Source of the DNA: Alphaproteobacteria bacterium
Lineage (GTDB): Bacteria > Pseudomonadota > Alphaproteobacteria > MPNO01 > UBA830
Length of the DNA: 64,000 nucleotides
Reading direction: 5' to 3'
Assembly (NCBI GenBank): GCA_964291215.2
Contig: OZ219791.1
Coordinates: 3,008,001 to 3,072,000 of the forward strand
The position numbers and the translations under genes were made by a program. Shown piece by piece: positions 33,344-43,712 of this stretch (its first letter is position 1; the number at the start of each line of letters is the position of its first letter). The notes under the pieces were generated by a model. The model was not told where the DNA came from and did no database searches. It was given only the letters and a program-made list of their open reading frames with translations.

Positions 33344-34851
33344 GTGCGCCAGGCAAACTGGTGGAATGTGGCCGGGTGCAAGTCCCGAGAGAGGCTAATT
33401 TCTCCGTGAACCATGCGTCGCCAGGCGAAGCGTTGGGGAGCGGCAGGCCAGGCTATTGAGCCACGAGATGCTTTGAAACCGGAGTGCCGAGGTCGTGGCC
33501 GAAGGCAACGAGCCGCGTTGGTGAGGGGGGCTCCGCGGGGTCCGAGAACCAGGGCACGCGCCGAAGCAGGGACCTGGGAGGTCTTGCCCCTCTGTCGTGG
33601 AGGGGCCGCAGAGGAAAGGAACTAATCCGTAAACCGATGATGAACGAGAAGTCAGATTCGGCCATAGTACCGCTGAAGGCGGCGAACAAGGGTTCTTCGG
33701 AGCCTGCGGAGTTGTTGGAGGGAAGGGCAATGCGGTTGGCCCGCGCCGCGCGCAGAAGCGGGGGTCACAGGCGGCTGAACGCAGGTAGCGAAGAGGAACC
33801 CGGAAGAGCGTCTTTACTCCACCACGTGATGGTCGACGTTCTGCACGATGCGTTCCATTCCTTGAGGAAGGACGCGGCGGCGGGGCGTTGTGTGGCAAGC
33901 GTACGCGGAGGGTGTGGAACTGCCTGCACGCCCGTGTGCACAGGGGTGCGTACCGGGCGCCTCCAGGGTTTACATACCCAAGGAGGATGGAGGGCAACTT
34001 GCCTCGGACAAGATTCTTCAGCGGGCGGTGTGATTCTGGTGCCGCGAAACGGAGTTCCTCGGTTCCGGCCGGGGCGCATCATGCGCCGTCACGGTGGAAC
34101 GGCGGAAGGTCAACTGGATCGTTGACGCCCCTTCGACAACCGCGACCATCTGGTCGCGATGCTCGGGAAACGGATCGGGGGGTCTGATCATCAAGTGACG
34201 CCGGCGTCATGGAAGGGACCGACTGGCAAGGGAACACCGCAAGGGGCGGCGCCTTGCGAACCTGCACTACGTACGACTGGTTCCAGAACCACTGGCGCAA
34301 GCGGATGGCTGACACGATCATTATGCGGACGACTTCGTGTGCGGCTTTCAGCATCTGGGCGGCGCTGAGACCTTGGGGAGAGACTGGCCCACTTGAACTG
34401 CACCCGGAAAATCATCGAGTTCGGTCGGTTTGCCAGAGCGAACCGCCGGAAGCGTGGACAAGACGTTCGACTTCCTCGGCATGACGCACTTCTGCGAACA
34501 GACGAGGAAAGGCAGGTTCAGGGTCGGTCGCAAACGGGCACCCTGCGGCGGATCAAGGAGGCCTTACGCAGGCGGTGGCACGATAACCGGCACGAAACGG
34601 CCAAGTGGTGAGTTATCAACGGCTGCTACTACGCCGTTCCAGGAAGCAGCCTGCAGAAGTTCATACACCAATGCAAACAGCTGCGTGCCCTTCGGCGACG
34701 CTCCCAAAAGGACTTCACCGGGGACGTAGACACCCTCACCGCTGCCCACTGAGCCAGCATCCGTGGCCAAACCAGCGCCTTGTCGTCAGGGGAGGAGCGA
34801 ACAGCGCACGTCCGGTTCTGTGCGGGGGGTAACCCGGTTCCCTACCGCGAT
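33344..34851 (+). mobile_element. Group II intron with degraded RT/maturase ORF, copy 1
   Basis: 5' GTGCG; 3' domain V/VI-like GCGCACGTCCGGTTCTGTGCGGGGGG..CCCTACCGCGAT; RT motifs GTPQG (34231), YADD (34322), LELHP..IEFGRFA, TFDFLG. Removal restores the transposase frame. Confidence 0.9.
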
Positions 34852-35884
34852 GGTCGTCTGTGAAGCGCAGGTTCTCGTGTTTCACGAGACGTTCGTGCAG
34901 GTTGTGCGCGTCGGACTTGCGTCCACGTTTTCCTTTCGTCGGGATGTCGGGCAGTTCCTTGGCGCCCTGATGGTGCGGTAGCGCCCGGCGTCGTTCAGGG
35001 TCTTGGATGCGCTCTTGTTGATCTTGTGGCAGGGAGCAGGCTCTTCATCAGTCGCGCGGTAGCCTCGACGACAAAGGTCAATTCGCGCAGCAGGTGGCTG
35101 CCGCACAGCTGGTGGTTACACTGGCCCATGTACGAGGCCCAGCAGTCGTGGACCAGGACGCCCTTGTAGCGCGGGATGATGCCGATCTCTTGCCTCCCGG
35201 CCGCGCTTGCGGTGCGGGAACTTGCACGTCAGGGTCCCACGACATGAAGCCACTTACTGTTGATCCGAAATCGTCGACATCGGGCGTTGCAGGAGGTGCG
35301 CCACGGCAGCCTCCTCCCATGACGCATCGTGAAAGCATAGCCGAGGCCTCGGAGAGCTTGATGCGGGAGATCGCCTGCACGAGCGCGACGGCACGGCGCA
35401 GGGACAGCATCTGGGCGACCAACAGGTTGATGACGAGGGCCTGGATGCCGATACCGTACTGCACGGGATGTTGTCGGGGAACCGGCCCCGGGCCTTGCAC
35501 TTCGGGCATTCCTCGGCGCGGCGCTCGACGACCTCGAACACGATGTCGTGCGGCGTTCCCGATCGACGGGGCCGTCGATGTCAGCGCCGCAGGCGTCGCA
35601 GGCCGCGACCGTCTCCTCGACGATGGTCTTGCGCAGGTTGTCGCCCATCTGCCGGTTCGGCTTCGGGCCGTTGCTCCCGGCACGCTCTTGTCCGTCTGTG
35701 ACGGCGGCAGACCGGAGTTCCGGCTCGTGCGTAGTCTTCTCCAGAAGGACGACGATGAGGATGTCGAGCAGGATGACGAAGACGCGGATCACGGCCTCTT
35801 CCGCCACCTTGCCGGCCGCACGCAGCGCCGCGATCCGGGTCTTGGCCGCTTCGAACTCCTCGCGCGCCGCGTTCACCGTCGCCA

Positions 35885-36037
35885 TCACCCGGCCTCGACG
35901 GTCATGATCGTCGCGAGCATCGCCTGGCGCTCGCCCGGCGGCATCTTCCGGTACTCCGCCGCTCGGCCTTGCGCTTCATCAGCGCGCCGCCTCCGATGGC
36001 ACAGCCCGTTCGTCGCCTTCGATCCAAAGTAGCTCAC
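35885..36037 (-). pseudogene. Dam/D12-class adenine methyltransferase remnant inside IS66 copy 1
   Basis: VSYFGSKATNGLC..GGGALMKRK..YRKMPPGERQAMLATIMTVEAG*; more deleted than copy 2; TGATG overlap with the transposase start. Confidence 0.55.
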
Positions 36038-36287
36038 TGCCGGTCCCCGTCGTTCTCGATTACCACCACTAAACGAATCGGCCTGCAGTGTCAAATCTCC
36101 ACGAAAACCCGTTCATTACTCTACCCCGACATCAAGCCGGAACCAGGGGGTGAGCAGTTACGAAACGGGAACCTATTGAACTTCATGTCAGGTGTGGCAG
36201 TAGCAAAATCTTCCTTTGCTTTTGCTACACAGAGAATGAAGCGATCCGGCATGCGTTGGCACATCGCCATGCCAAACTCACGCCCGC

Positions 36288-38903
36288 TTATACCCTCTGT
36301 TCTCCCCTGAGTTTGATCAGGAGTTGATCGCGAATTTCCTCTCGCACGTCATATGCAGCGGTTGCCGCGACTTCGAGTGTGACAGCGATTGCGAATGAGA
36401 TCTCCAAGTCGGGGTCGAGTCCACCCCCTGAGGCATCCCGACATTGAACCCGGATCGGAAGCGTTGCTTCGTCGTCATAGTCTGGGACGCGGACACGGTT
36501 GTGCACGAGGCGGCGGGACCAAGCAGTGCCCCGCTTGATGAGAGCCACGGCAGGGGGCTCGGACTTCATCGCGAGGTTCCAGTGTTTGTCCTCAGCGTCG
36601 TCTTGAAGCACATCACCATCTGCGGCAATGGCTTCCAGAGCAGCTAGGCGATACTTGGCTCGCGCCGATTCCACGGGCGAAAACCATGCCAAGGTAACCA
36701 GCATCGACCGGTGAACCCTATCGCCGGAAAGAGACGAGGGGAGCGGCATGTCGAAAATCGTCCCCTGATCCTTTCGTACCCGACCAAGGCCAATCAGGGT
36801 CACTCCGTGAAGCGGAGCCTCGCGCATGAGTTCGGCATCCAGGAAGCCATATCCGAAGTGACGGGCAACCTCCTCTGCGGCTTGCTGGAAGCGTCTTCTT
36901 TGGGCCGCATTTTCGATGGCGTAGAGTTCCTTCGCGGCTTCGGGCCATCTGCTGGCGTTGATCGCCAATGCCCGTGTCAGCAACGCGAGATCATTGCGGG
37001 AAAGTTCTATCCCTTCGTAGGGACCGCCCTCTTCAGTGAGCATAGCGGCTGCATTGAGCAGTGACCTCGTTACAAGAGCGGCGGCGCAACTGGTTCCTCG
37101 GGAGCGAGATTGGTGTGATACACCGATGCCGGCTGTCGCGACAGTCAATCCGGTGCGCACACTCCGAGGAACGATTCGTAATCTCAGACCATCGCCGGCC
37201 GGAACTGCTTGTACTTCCTGATGCCCTCCAATGCCGATTAGATCCGGCTTTATGATGCGAAACGGGCCGAGGCCCAATGCACTGGATATTGCAGGAAGGG
37301 TGTCGCCGTCGGCCTGTACCTCGACCACTCCTGGAGCGACGGCCATGGCGGCCGGCCTCAGATCGAGAGAGGCGGCGCCGACCGTAAGAACGTTTAGAGC
37401 CTCGCTCGGCGCCAGGAGCGTGCGTTCGTAACGGTGCTGCCGTTGGGCAGCACGGACATGTTTTCGACATTCTAGCAGGGACAAGCTCTCAAATCCGCTT
37501 ACGGTCATGTCAGGTATGTGAATATCCCACTGCACGTTGCCGGCAGAGACGACAAAAAGGACTCCCGTCTCGCTCGACCACCAGTCGAGCAGGCGTGCCA
37601 GTGAACTGATGCGGCCGGTGAAATGCGAACCGTGGACTCCTATCGAGAAATTCACGACAAACGCGTCCGGGACTAGAGGATTGTCGCCAAGGAATGCGCG
37701 CTGAAGGGCGGTATGAACGAGGTCCACAAAGAGGCGGTCATCCGGAGAGATAGCCCCATCTTCGGTGTCGACCAACAGAGGAATGGCTAGCAGGCGACTG
37801 TCGAGGACAGGGGACCCGTCGGATTCGAGATCACCCCTCAGAATTAGCGATGCCATCGCGGTGGCGTGGCGCCTGGTAACGACTGGGGATCGATCGACCA
37901 AATCGTGCACATCTTCAATGGCAACTCCACCATCAAGGCTGCGGTGACCGGCGATCGGCGTACCATCGAGGAGCAGAGCTCGGAAAGGGCTGGTGGGGTC
38001 GAAGTTCTCGAGATTCTCCAAATTAACGTCTGAAGGCTGAGAATGCGCAGGCAGAGACTGCGCGATGGTTTGAGGTAAAACGAACTGAAGACCGTCGAGT
38101 GTCGCGAGTCCATCCGGTGCAGACGGGTTGTCGAGCATGGCACGCACGGTGCCAGCAGCGAGTCCAACAAGCATAGCATCGTACACGAACCTGTCCTCGT
38201 GAATAGCGCTTCGGTGGATGACGTGGCCGCCCAGAGCGGCGACCTTTGCTTCGGTTTCTCTCCGCCATTGGCCAAGTTTGTCCAAGCTTTGCGTCGGCCA
38301 ATGTTCAAGCTCAAGTTTTACTTGGGCGTCATTGTCGAACGGAAGCCGGTTCTCCAGCTCAGCACGATAATCGGCAGACAGGCGGTCTTCCGGTCCCCAA
38401 GGACGTAACTCGGCAAGCATGTCGAAGAGGCGCCACCAAGGGGCATATCCGTGCTCAGCATCGCGATCCTTCTGATATGTGCGCCAAAGCTTAAGAACCC
38501 GATCCAAGGCTTCCTGGGTAGGCATGGTTGCATAGAGGATTGGGGAGACGGTGCCTTGATGGTCGGCGATCAAGTCATCCGGCAGATCATAGTCATCGTC
38601 CAGTTCAATTTCGGAGAGCACCTCAAGGCCGACCAACCGGGCTGCGCGGGCAAAGTTGCCGATCGGCACCGCTGTGACGAATACGAGGGCACGTTCGGGC
38701 GCGATGCCAAATGGATCACGCCGCAGTTCAAGTGCTGCATCGTCACGAGCGAGCACGCCTTCGAGGCGCTCGAATTCCTGACGAAACCGTTCTCCTTGCT
38801 GACGACGCCCAATTCCTCGAGGCCGTGGGAACCGAGCCGGTGCACCTGTCATCCTGCGTGCGGGACGCGAATCAGGAAGGCGCAAGATCGGTCGGTCGGT
38901 CAT
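36288..38903 (-). CDS. ietS: S8 subtilisin-like serine protease (IetS-like)
   Basis: 871 aa; catalytic triad LLDGT, RHATAMAS, GTSCAAA; oxyanion VSAGN; KPDL; follows an AAA ATPase. Confidence 0.85.
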   Translation of the reverse strand: MTDRPILRLPDSRPARRMTGAPARFPRPRGIGRRQQGERFRQEFERLEGVLARDDAALELRRDPFGIAPERALVFVTAVPIGNFARAARLVGLEVLSEIELDDDYDLPDDLIADHQGTVSPILYATMPTQEALDRVLKLWRTYQKDRDAEHGYAPWWRLFDMLAELRPWGPEDRLSADYRAELENRLPFDNDAQVKLELEHWPTQSLDKLGQWRRETEAKVAALGGHVIHRSAIHEDRFVYDAMLVGLAAGTVRAMLDNPSAPDGLATLDGLQFVLPQTIAQSLPAHSQPSDVNLENLENFDPTSPFRALLLDGTPIAGHRSLDGGVAIEDVHDLVDRSPVVTRRHATAMASLILRGDLESDGSPVLDSRLLAIPLLVDTEDGAISPDDRLFVDLVHTALQRAFLGDNPLVPDAFVVNFSIGVHGSHFTGRISSLARLLDWWSSETGVLFVVSAGNVQWDIHIPDMTVSGFESLSLLECRKHVRAAQRQHRYERTLLAPSEALNVLTVGAASLDLRPAAMAVAPGVVEVQADGDTLPAISSALGLGPFRIIKPDLIGIGGHQEVQAVPAGDGLRLRIVPRSVRTGLTVATAGIGVSHQSRSRGTSCAAALVTRSLLNAAAMLTEEGGPYEGIELSRNDLALLTRALAINASRWPEAAKELYAIENAAQRRRFQQAAEEVARHFGYGFLDAELMREAPLHGVTLIGLGRVRKDQGTIFDMPLPSSLSGDRVHRSMLVTLAWFSPVESARAKYRLAALEAIAADGDVLQDDAEDKHWNLAMKSEPPAVALIKRGTAWSRRLVHNRVRVPDYDDEATLPIRVQCRDASGGGLDPDLEISFAIAVTLEVAATAAYDVREEIRDQLLIKLRGEQRV

Positions 38904-39894
38904 TTGTACTGTATCGACACTGCTGGTCGTTTAGGTGGTTCTTGGCCTTCACTCGGTCCTTTACCAGGGTTCGGAAAGTCAGGCTGCCTTGAGCTAGTGC
39001 GTAGCGGCGATGAAGATCGAGAAAGAAATCCTCTGCATCGGAAAAATTCTTCGGCGAAACGGCTAAACGCAATCTCTTGGCCGTGTAACCCGATTTCTCT
39101 CTGAACTCCCGGAGCCTGACCGCAAAATACTCCGTCATCTGGTCTTCCGTCGGTTTCCCCAACTCAAGCTTGATTTCAAATCGTCTCCATGTAGCTCGGT
39201 CGAGTAACTCTGGGTGATTGGTCGCAGCAACGAGAACACAATAGGAAGGGAGGTCATCAAGTTGCAGGAGAAGCGTTGTCACGACCCGCTTGATTTCGCC
39301 AGTTTCGTGAAGATCACCACGTTCCTTGCCAATGGCGTCAAATTCATCGAAGAACAGGACACAGGGTTCGGTTCGCACATAATCGAAGAGGCGCCTTAGC
39401 CTCTGAGCTGTTTCGCCCAGATAGCTAGTCACCACTGCGTCGTATCGAATTGCAAATAGCGGGAGAGCCAGTTCGAATGCAAGACTCTCTGCAAGAGAAG
39501 TCTTGCCGTTTCCTGGTGGGCCGACAAGCAGGACGCGATGACGCGGTTCTAGGCCGTGGGCACGCAGAACTTCGGCTCGTGCCTGTTCCTCGATCAGTTC
39601 GTGACACGCATTACGGATAGCCTTCGCGAGAAACAGGCTGGTCAGCGGCCGCTCCGGGTGGCGTCGTTGGATTCCCCCAGAGCCGTCCCGGACACGCAAG
39701 GTACCCGGCCTAGTCGAGCCTGGTCCCGTAGGCCTTGTAGGTGCAGAAAGCGCCCGGTCGATTCGTTCCGCGACGACGGTATGCTTTTTCGCACGTTCGT
39801 TCGCGGCGATCGCCTCGGCAGCAACACGGGCGGACTCCTGATCCCCGCTAACGCTGGCCTTGACAAGATCGACGATGAGATCACTTCGGGCCAT
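38872..39894 (-). CDS. ietA: AAA+ ATPase (IetA-like)
   Basis: MARSDLIVDLVKA N-terminus, GPPGNGKTS, FFDEFD, KERGDLHETGEIKRVV, ATNHPELLDRATWRRF; overlaps the S8 gene. Confidence 0.88.
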   Translation of the reverse strand: MARSDLIVDLVKASVSGDQESARVAAEAIAANERAKKHTVVAERIDRALSAPTRPTGPGSTRPGTLRVRDGSGGIQRRHPERPLTSLFLAKAIRNACHELIEEQARAEVLRAHGLEPRHRVLLVGPPGNGKTSLAESLAFELALPLFAIRYDAVVTSYLGETAQRLRRLFDYVRTEPCVLFFDEFDAIGKERGDLHETGEIKRVVTTLLLQLDDLPSYCVLVAATNHPELLDRATWRRFEIKLELGKPTEDQMTEYFAVRLREFREKSGYTAKRLRLAVSPKNFSDAEDFFLDLHRRYALAQGSLTFRTLVKDRVKAKNHLNDQQCRYSTNDRPTDLAPS

Positions 39895-39902
39895 CAAGGA
39901 TC

Positions 39903-39932
39903 TTACCTGAGCCTAGTTTACCTGAGCCTAGT
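39903..39932. repeat. 2 x 15-bp perfect tandem repeat upstream of the AAA ATPase
   Basis: TTACCTGAGCCTAGT at 39903 and 39918. Confidence 0.9.
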
Positions 39933-40361
39933 AGACGCAAACGTAGCACGGATCGTCTAAAGAATCAACGAATTTTAACTAATTTCGACTGTTTCAGGAA
40001 GAATCGCACGGATCATGGGAAATAGCCATACCTCGTACAACGGCGCGTGGGATCGCAGAGGCACTCGTCGAACTGTGCTGGACCTCGGCCTGACACACGC
40101 CGACCGGCGCGGCAACCCCGTGTTCGTCTTCCTGATCGGCGATCTGGGAGGTGTGTGGATGGTGGTATGGGCCATTGCTTACAATGAGTTGAGCGCAATC
40201 AGGCGCGCATTTCTAGGTTTTGGCGGCGAGGCGCACCCTCGCCGGTCTGCCGGGCACGCAGGGCAGACCGTCGCACGGCCGGAGCGATGGGCAGATGTTC
40301 TGGTGGTTCTGATACTCAACATAGCCGGCTTTGATCGGCTATCCTCAAAGCGGGAGAATGT

Positions 40362-41723
40362 CTACAACCAGTCCAGACTCAGTCGTCGTCCTTGGGGCAC
40401 CCCTGCACCGCCTTCCGACTCCGCGCCATCCGACCGCGCACACTCCTTGGGTTTCAGCCGAAGGGGCTCTCGATCATCCTCCAGCGTAGCTGATCCTCCG
40501 AGGTTTGAGGACGAAATGTCCACCAGGACATCGCTGTGCTCCGTCTTGTCCGGCAGCGGCGACACCTCCGCCCTGTATCCCATGGCGCGCGCGATGACGG
40601 CCGCGGCCTGCGCGGCGGCGTCCCGCAGCGCGCCGTCGTCGAGATGGGCGTAGATCGCGGTGGTCTCGCGCTTGCGGTGTCCGAGCAGCCGTCCGACCGT
40701 GGTGAGCCCGACGCCGTTCATGACGCCCTGCGAGGCCCAGGTGTGGCGGCAGTCGTGGATGCGAAGGCCCGGAAGCCCGGCTTTATCCCGTATGCCGACC
40801 CAGAAGGTGTAGAGCCTTGCCGATGTGAGGGTCTCGGGGAACACCCGCTCCCGGCCATCCGGTCGCGGCAGCGCCTCGACCAGTCCTGCCGCTTCGGGTC
40901 CGAGCCAGATGGTGCGCGGTCCGGTCTTGGAGTCTTCGATGCGCGCGCTCGCGCCGTCTCCGGCCAGCTCTCCGATCTCATCCCACCTGAGGTTGATGAC
41001 TTCGGAGAGCCGCGCCCCGGTGAGCGTCAACAGCCGGATGGCCGCCACCGGCCAGGGGTGTTCCTCCCGGTGACGGTCGAGCACCGCGCCGAGACGCTCC
41101 AGCTCTTCGCGGCTGAGGTAACGCGCGACAGGCTTGCGGGGGTTCTTCACGATGTTGGCGCAGGCATCGGGGACATGCTCGCCGATGTCGCCCCACTGCC
41201 GGGCCGTCCCGAGCATGGCGCGGAGGATCTCGAAGGCGCGGTTGGCGGCGCCGGGCCGGTCCGCGCTGGCGGCGTCGAACCATGCCGAGACCCGCGCATG
41301 GTCGATGGCGTCGAGCCGGAGCCTGCCGAAGTGGGGCATCAGGCGGTTCTTCATGTAGCTATCGAAGGTCTCGAGCGAGGACGGCTTCCAGCGGTGTTTC
41401 CGCCGCGAGCGGTAACGGGCGGCGAAGTCCCGGAACAGCGGCGCCTTCTCCTTGCGCGGCGGCGTCACGTCCTCGCCGCCCCACAGGCGGGCGAGCACGG
41501 CCGCGCCTTCCCGGCGGGCCGCGTCGAGAGGCAGTTCGGGGAAGCGCCCGAGGGTGATCTTGCGCATGCGTCCCCGGACGCGGGTCTGGACGATCCGGGA
41601 CCGGACGCCGGAGGGCTGCACCCTGACCCCGAAATGCGCCAGCAGATTGTCCCACAGGGTGTATTCCCGTTCCGCCGGCTTGGCGACGGCCTTCACGGTG
41701 AGCCGGTGCCTGCGGCCGCTCAT
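40362..41723 (-). CDS. Tyrosine recombinase/integrase with arm-binding domain (integrase 2)
   Basis: TLWD..FGVRVQPSG..KITLG arm domain; catalytic TGAR, SKTG, HDCRH, LGH, AIY; ATG overlaps the stop of integrase 1 (ATGA). Confidence 0.9.
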   Translation of the reverse strand: MSGRRHRLTVKAVAKPAEREYTLWDNLLAHFGVRVQPSGVRSRIVQTRVRGRMRKITLGRFPELPLDAARREGAAVLARLWGGEDVTPPRKEKAPLFRDFAARYRSRRKHRWKPSSLETFDSYMKNRLMPHFGRLRLDAIDHARVSAWFDAASADRPGAANRAFEILRAMLGTARQWGDIGEHVPDACANIVKNPRKPVARYLSREELERLGAVLDRHREEHPWPVAAIRLLTLTGARLSEVINLRWDEIGELAGDGASARIEDSKTGPRTIWLGPEAAGLVEALPRPDGRERVFPETLTSARLYTFWVGIRDKAGLPGLRIHDCRHTWASQGVMNGVGLTTVGRLLGHRKRETTAIYAHLDDGALRDAAAQAAAVIARAMGYRAEVSPLPDKTEHSDVLVDISSSNLGGSATLEDDREPLRLKPKECARSDGAESEGGAGVPQGRRLSLDWL

Positions 41724-42830
41724 CGCCCGCTCTCCTTCCCGGTCATGGCCTCGTGGACGATGCCGGAGATACGCCCGGCCGCCTCGCGGACATGCTCGTC
41801 GGCGAGATGGGCGTAGCGTTCGGTGGAGGCGGTATCGGCATGGCCGAGCAGGCGGCCGACGGTGTAGAGGTCGAGGCCGCTCATCACGGCATGGGAGGCG
41901 AAGGTATGCCGGCAGTCGTGGATGCGCACATCGTCCAGCCCGGCGAGACCGCGCAGCTTCTGCCAGCGCAGGCCGAGGTCGGTCATCGGGCCGTCGCCCT
42001 TCCCGTTCGGGAAGACGAAGCGTCCCTCGCGCGGCAGGCCATTCAGGACGGCCCGCGCGGGCGGCGGAAGCTGGAGCGCCCGGTCTTGGAGTCCGGCAAC
42101 ACCGCGCGGGTGTCCCGTATCCAGTCCCATTGCAGGCCGGCGATCTCGAACGACCGGGCGCCGGTGAACAGCAGCAGGCGGCCTGCCGGTCCTCCGCATG
42201 GTCGAGCACTAAGCCGAGGCGCTTCAACTCGTCCAGGGACAGGAACCGCTCGCGCGGCGCCGTCCTGTAGCGCCGCATGTTGCGGCAGGGGTTGGAGCCC
42301 TGCGGGCGAAGGTCACAGAGTTCCGCCTGCCGCATCATCACCGAGAGCACCGGCAGGGTCCGGTTGGCGCTGCCGGGGGTTCCGCTGAGGGAATCGAACC
42401 AGCGCCGCACATCGGCGCGGTCGATCTTCGCGACGGGCATCGCGCCGAAGAAGGGCAGGAGGCGGCGCTCGATCAGATGGGCGTTGGCCTTCCTCGTGGA
42501 GGGTTTCCAGCGCCGCCCCTGGCGGCGCATGAAGTCGGCCGCGAAGTCGGCGAACAGCGGCCCGGTCTCGCGGTCGGCCCCGGCTTCGGCGATGGCGGCA
42601 ATGGCCTTCTCCCTCGCCTCGGCGGCGGTCATGTCGTCGGTCGTGCCGAGGATCGCCCTGGGCGCGCCGAACTGGCGTGAGGTCTGGACGAAGAAGGTCT
42701 TCGTTCCGGCGACGGTGAAGCCGAAGGCGGGCAGGTCCCTGACGGTCAGGCCGTATCGTCCGGGTTTCTTCTCCCTGAAGGTGCGGCGGACCGTCCGCTC
42801 GTTGACGGGGGCATGGATGCGCGTGTCTCC
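41720..42830 (-). pseudogene. Tyrosine recombinase/integrase 1, frameshifted
   Basis: N-part WKPST..ANRTLPVLSVMM..NPC..RERFLS; then LLFTGAR, DSKT, HDCRHTFAS, LGH, ERYAH in other frames. Frameshifts ~42.08-42.18 kb; start approximate. Confidence 0.82.
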
Positions 42831-43104
42831 GTTGTCTGTTCCCTCGGGCACCGTCCGTCCCGGGGGAACGGAACGGCGCTCCTGAACGGACAACGCGACC
42901 CGCGCGCGAAACCGCGGCCAGAGGCCGGGCCAGGCCCAACCGTCTGTCACGCAACGGAAAACTGCCGACCGATGCAGGCCGGCCGGGCCTCGCTCTCTGC
43001 ATCAGGGATGCGTCGGGTGTGTGAACCGAGGCCGCCCCGGGCGGTGTGCGCATACGAAAACGGGCCACGCCGGAGCGACGACATGGCCCGTCGAGGTGCT
43101 GCGG

Positions 43105-43240
43105 TCAGGCGGCGCAGCGCTGCACGGAGATGCCGAGCTGGCGCGCTTTGTCGACGAGGTTGTCGGTGATGCCGGAGCCGGGGAAGGCGATGACGCCCTT
43201 GGGCTTGCTGCGACAGCAGCGTTGCTGGGCGCCTGAAGTA
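43105..43240 (-). pseudogene. DUF2493/SLOG-like protein C-terminal remnant
   Basis: KPKGVIAFPGSGITDNLVDKARQLGISVQRCAA* matches the C-terminus of alphaproteobacterial ICE/plasmid DUF2493 proteins from memory. Confidence 0.6.
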
Positions 43241-43268
43241 CCGGTGAGTGAGCGAAGGAGACACCCTC

Positions 43269-43454
43269 ATGGCCCTCACCCCTGCCGAGAGCGCGATCGG
43301 GACTGTATCGACAGTCTCCCTCTACGACACGACTTGGGGAGAATGTCTGCAGATCATCGTCGAGGTCGACATCAAGGAGATCGAACCGCCTTGGGACACC
43401 TGGAACCCGGACGGTCACGTGCCCGGGGACGGCAAGGTAGCCGCGTTCACGTGA
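43269..43454 (+). CDS. Possible small hypothetical protein (61 aa)
   Basis: AAGGAG RBS 8 nt before ATG; plausible composition; no family recognised. Confidence 0.3.
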   Translation: MALTPAESAIGTVSTVSLYDTTWGECLQIIVEVDIKEIEPPWDTWNPDGHVPGDGKVAAFT

Positions 43455-43712
43455 CCAATGGACGGCAACCCGCCGCCGGGACCACAAGCTTCATGTCGCC
43501 TCGCTCGCAGAGCAAACCCCACACCGCTTGTGGACAACCACAGAAAACATCACCACAGACACCCGCAAAAACCTTGCCAAGAAACATGGTAACTGCTCAC
43601 CCCCTGGTTCCGGCATGATGTCGGGGTAGAGCAAAGAACGGGTTTTCGTGGAGATTTGACACTGAAGGCCGATTCGTTTAGTGGTGGTCATCGAGAACGA
43701 CGGGGACCGCCA

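Larger units (their letters stand above)
33104..36161 (-). mobile_element. IS66-family element copy 1 (MTase remnant + TnpC-like pseudogene 35885 to 33118, carrying a group II intron)
   Basis: TIRs GTATCTACTCACCCC (33104) and GTAACTGCTCACCCC (36161, reverse); zinc finger CDAC..CPKC, GVLVHDCWASY, HQLCGSHLLREL, FTNNAGEQKIRMAKVK..SGCFR. No TSD found. Confidence 0.85.

Noticed and set aside
36162-36230. Third gene of the ietAS operon truncated by IS66, and a GTAGCAAAA/TTTTGCTAC hairpin
   Set aside because: Only ~8 codons with no RBS; the hairpin lacks a clear U-tract. Too weak to call.
40015-40360. ORFs or an att site between the ATPase and integrase 2
   Set aside because: No recognisable motif, tRNA fragment or matching direct repeat elsewhere in the window.
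40362-42950. 862-aa ORF that looks like a double-integrase fusion
   Set aside because: The middle is out-of-frame junk. The catalytic half of integrase 1 is in other frames and ends in an ATGA overlap, so deletions merely put its N-terminus in frame with integrase 2.
33096-43588. Target-site duplication for the IS66 copies
   Set aside because: The 8-bp flanks CAAAGAAG, GAAACGGG and GAAACATG do not match, so a clean transposition footprint cannot be claimed.
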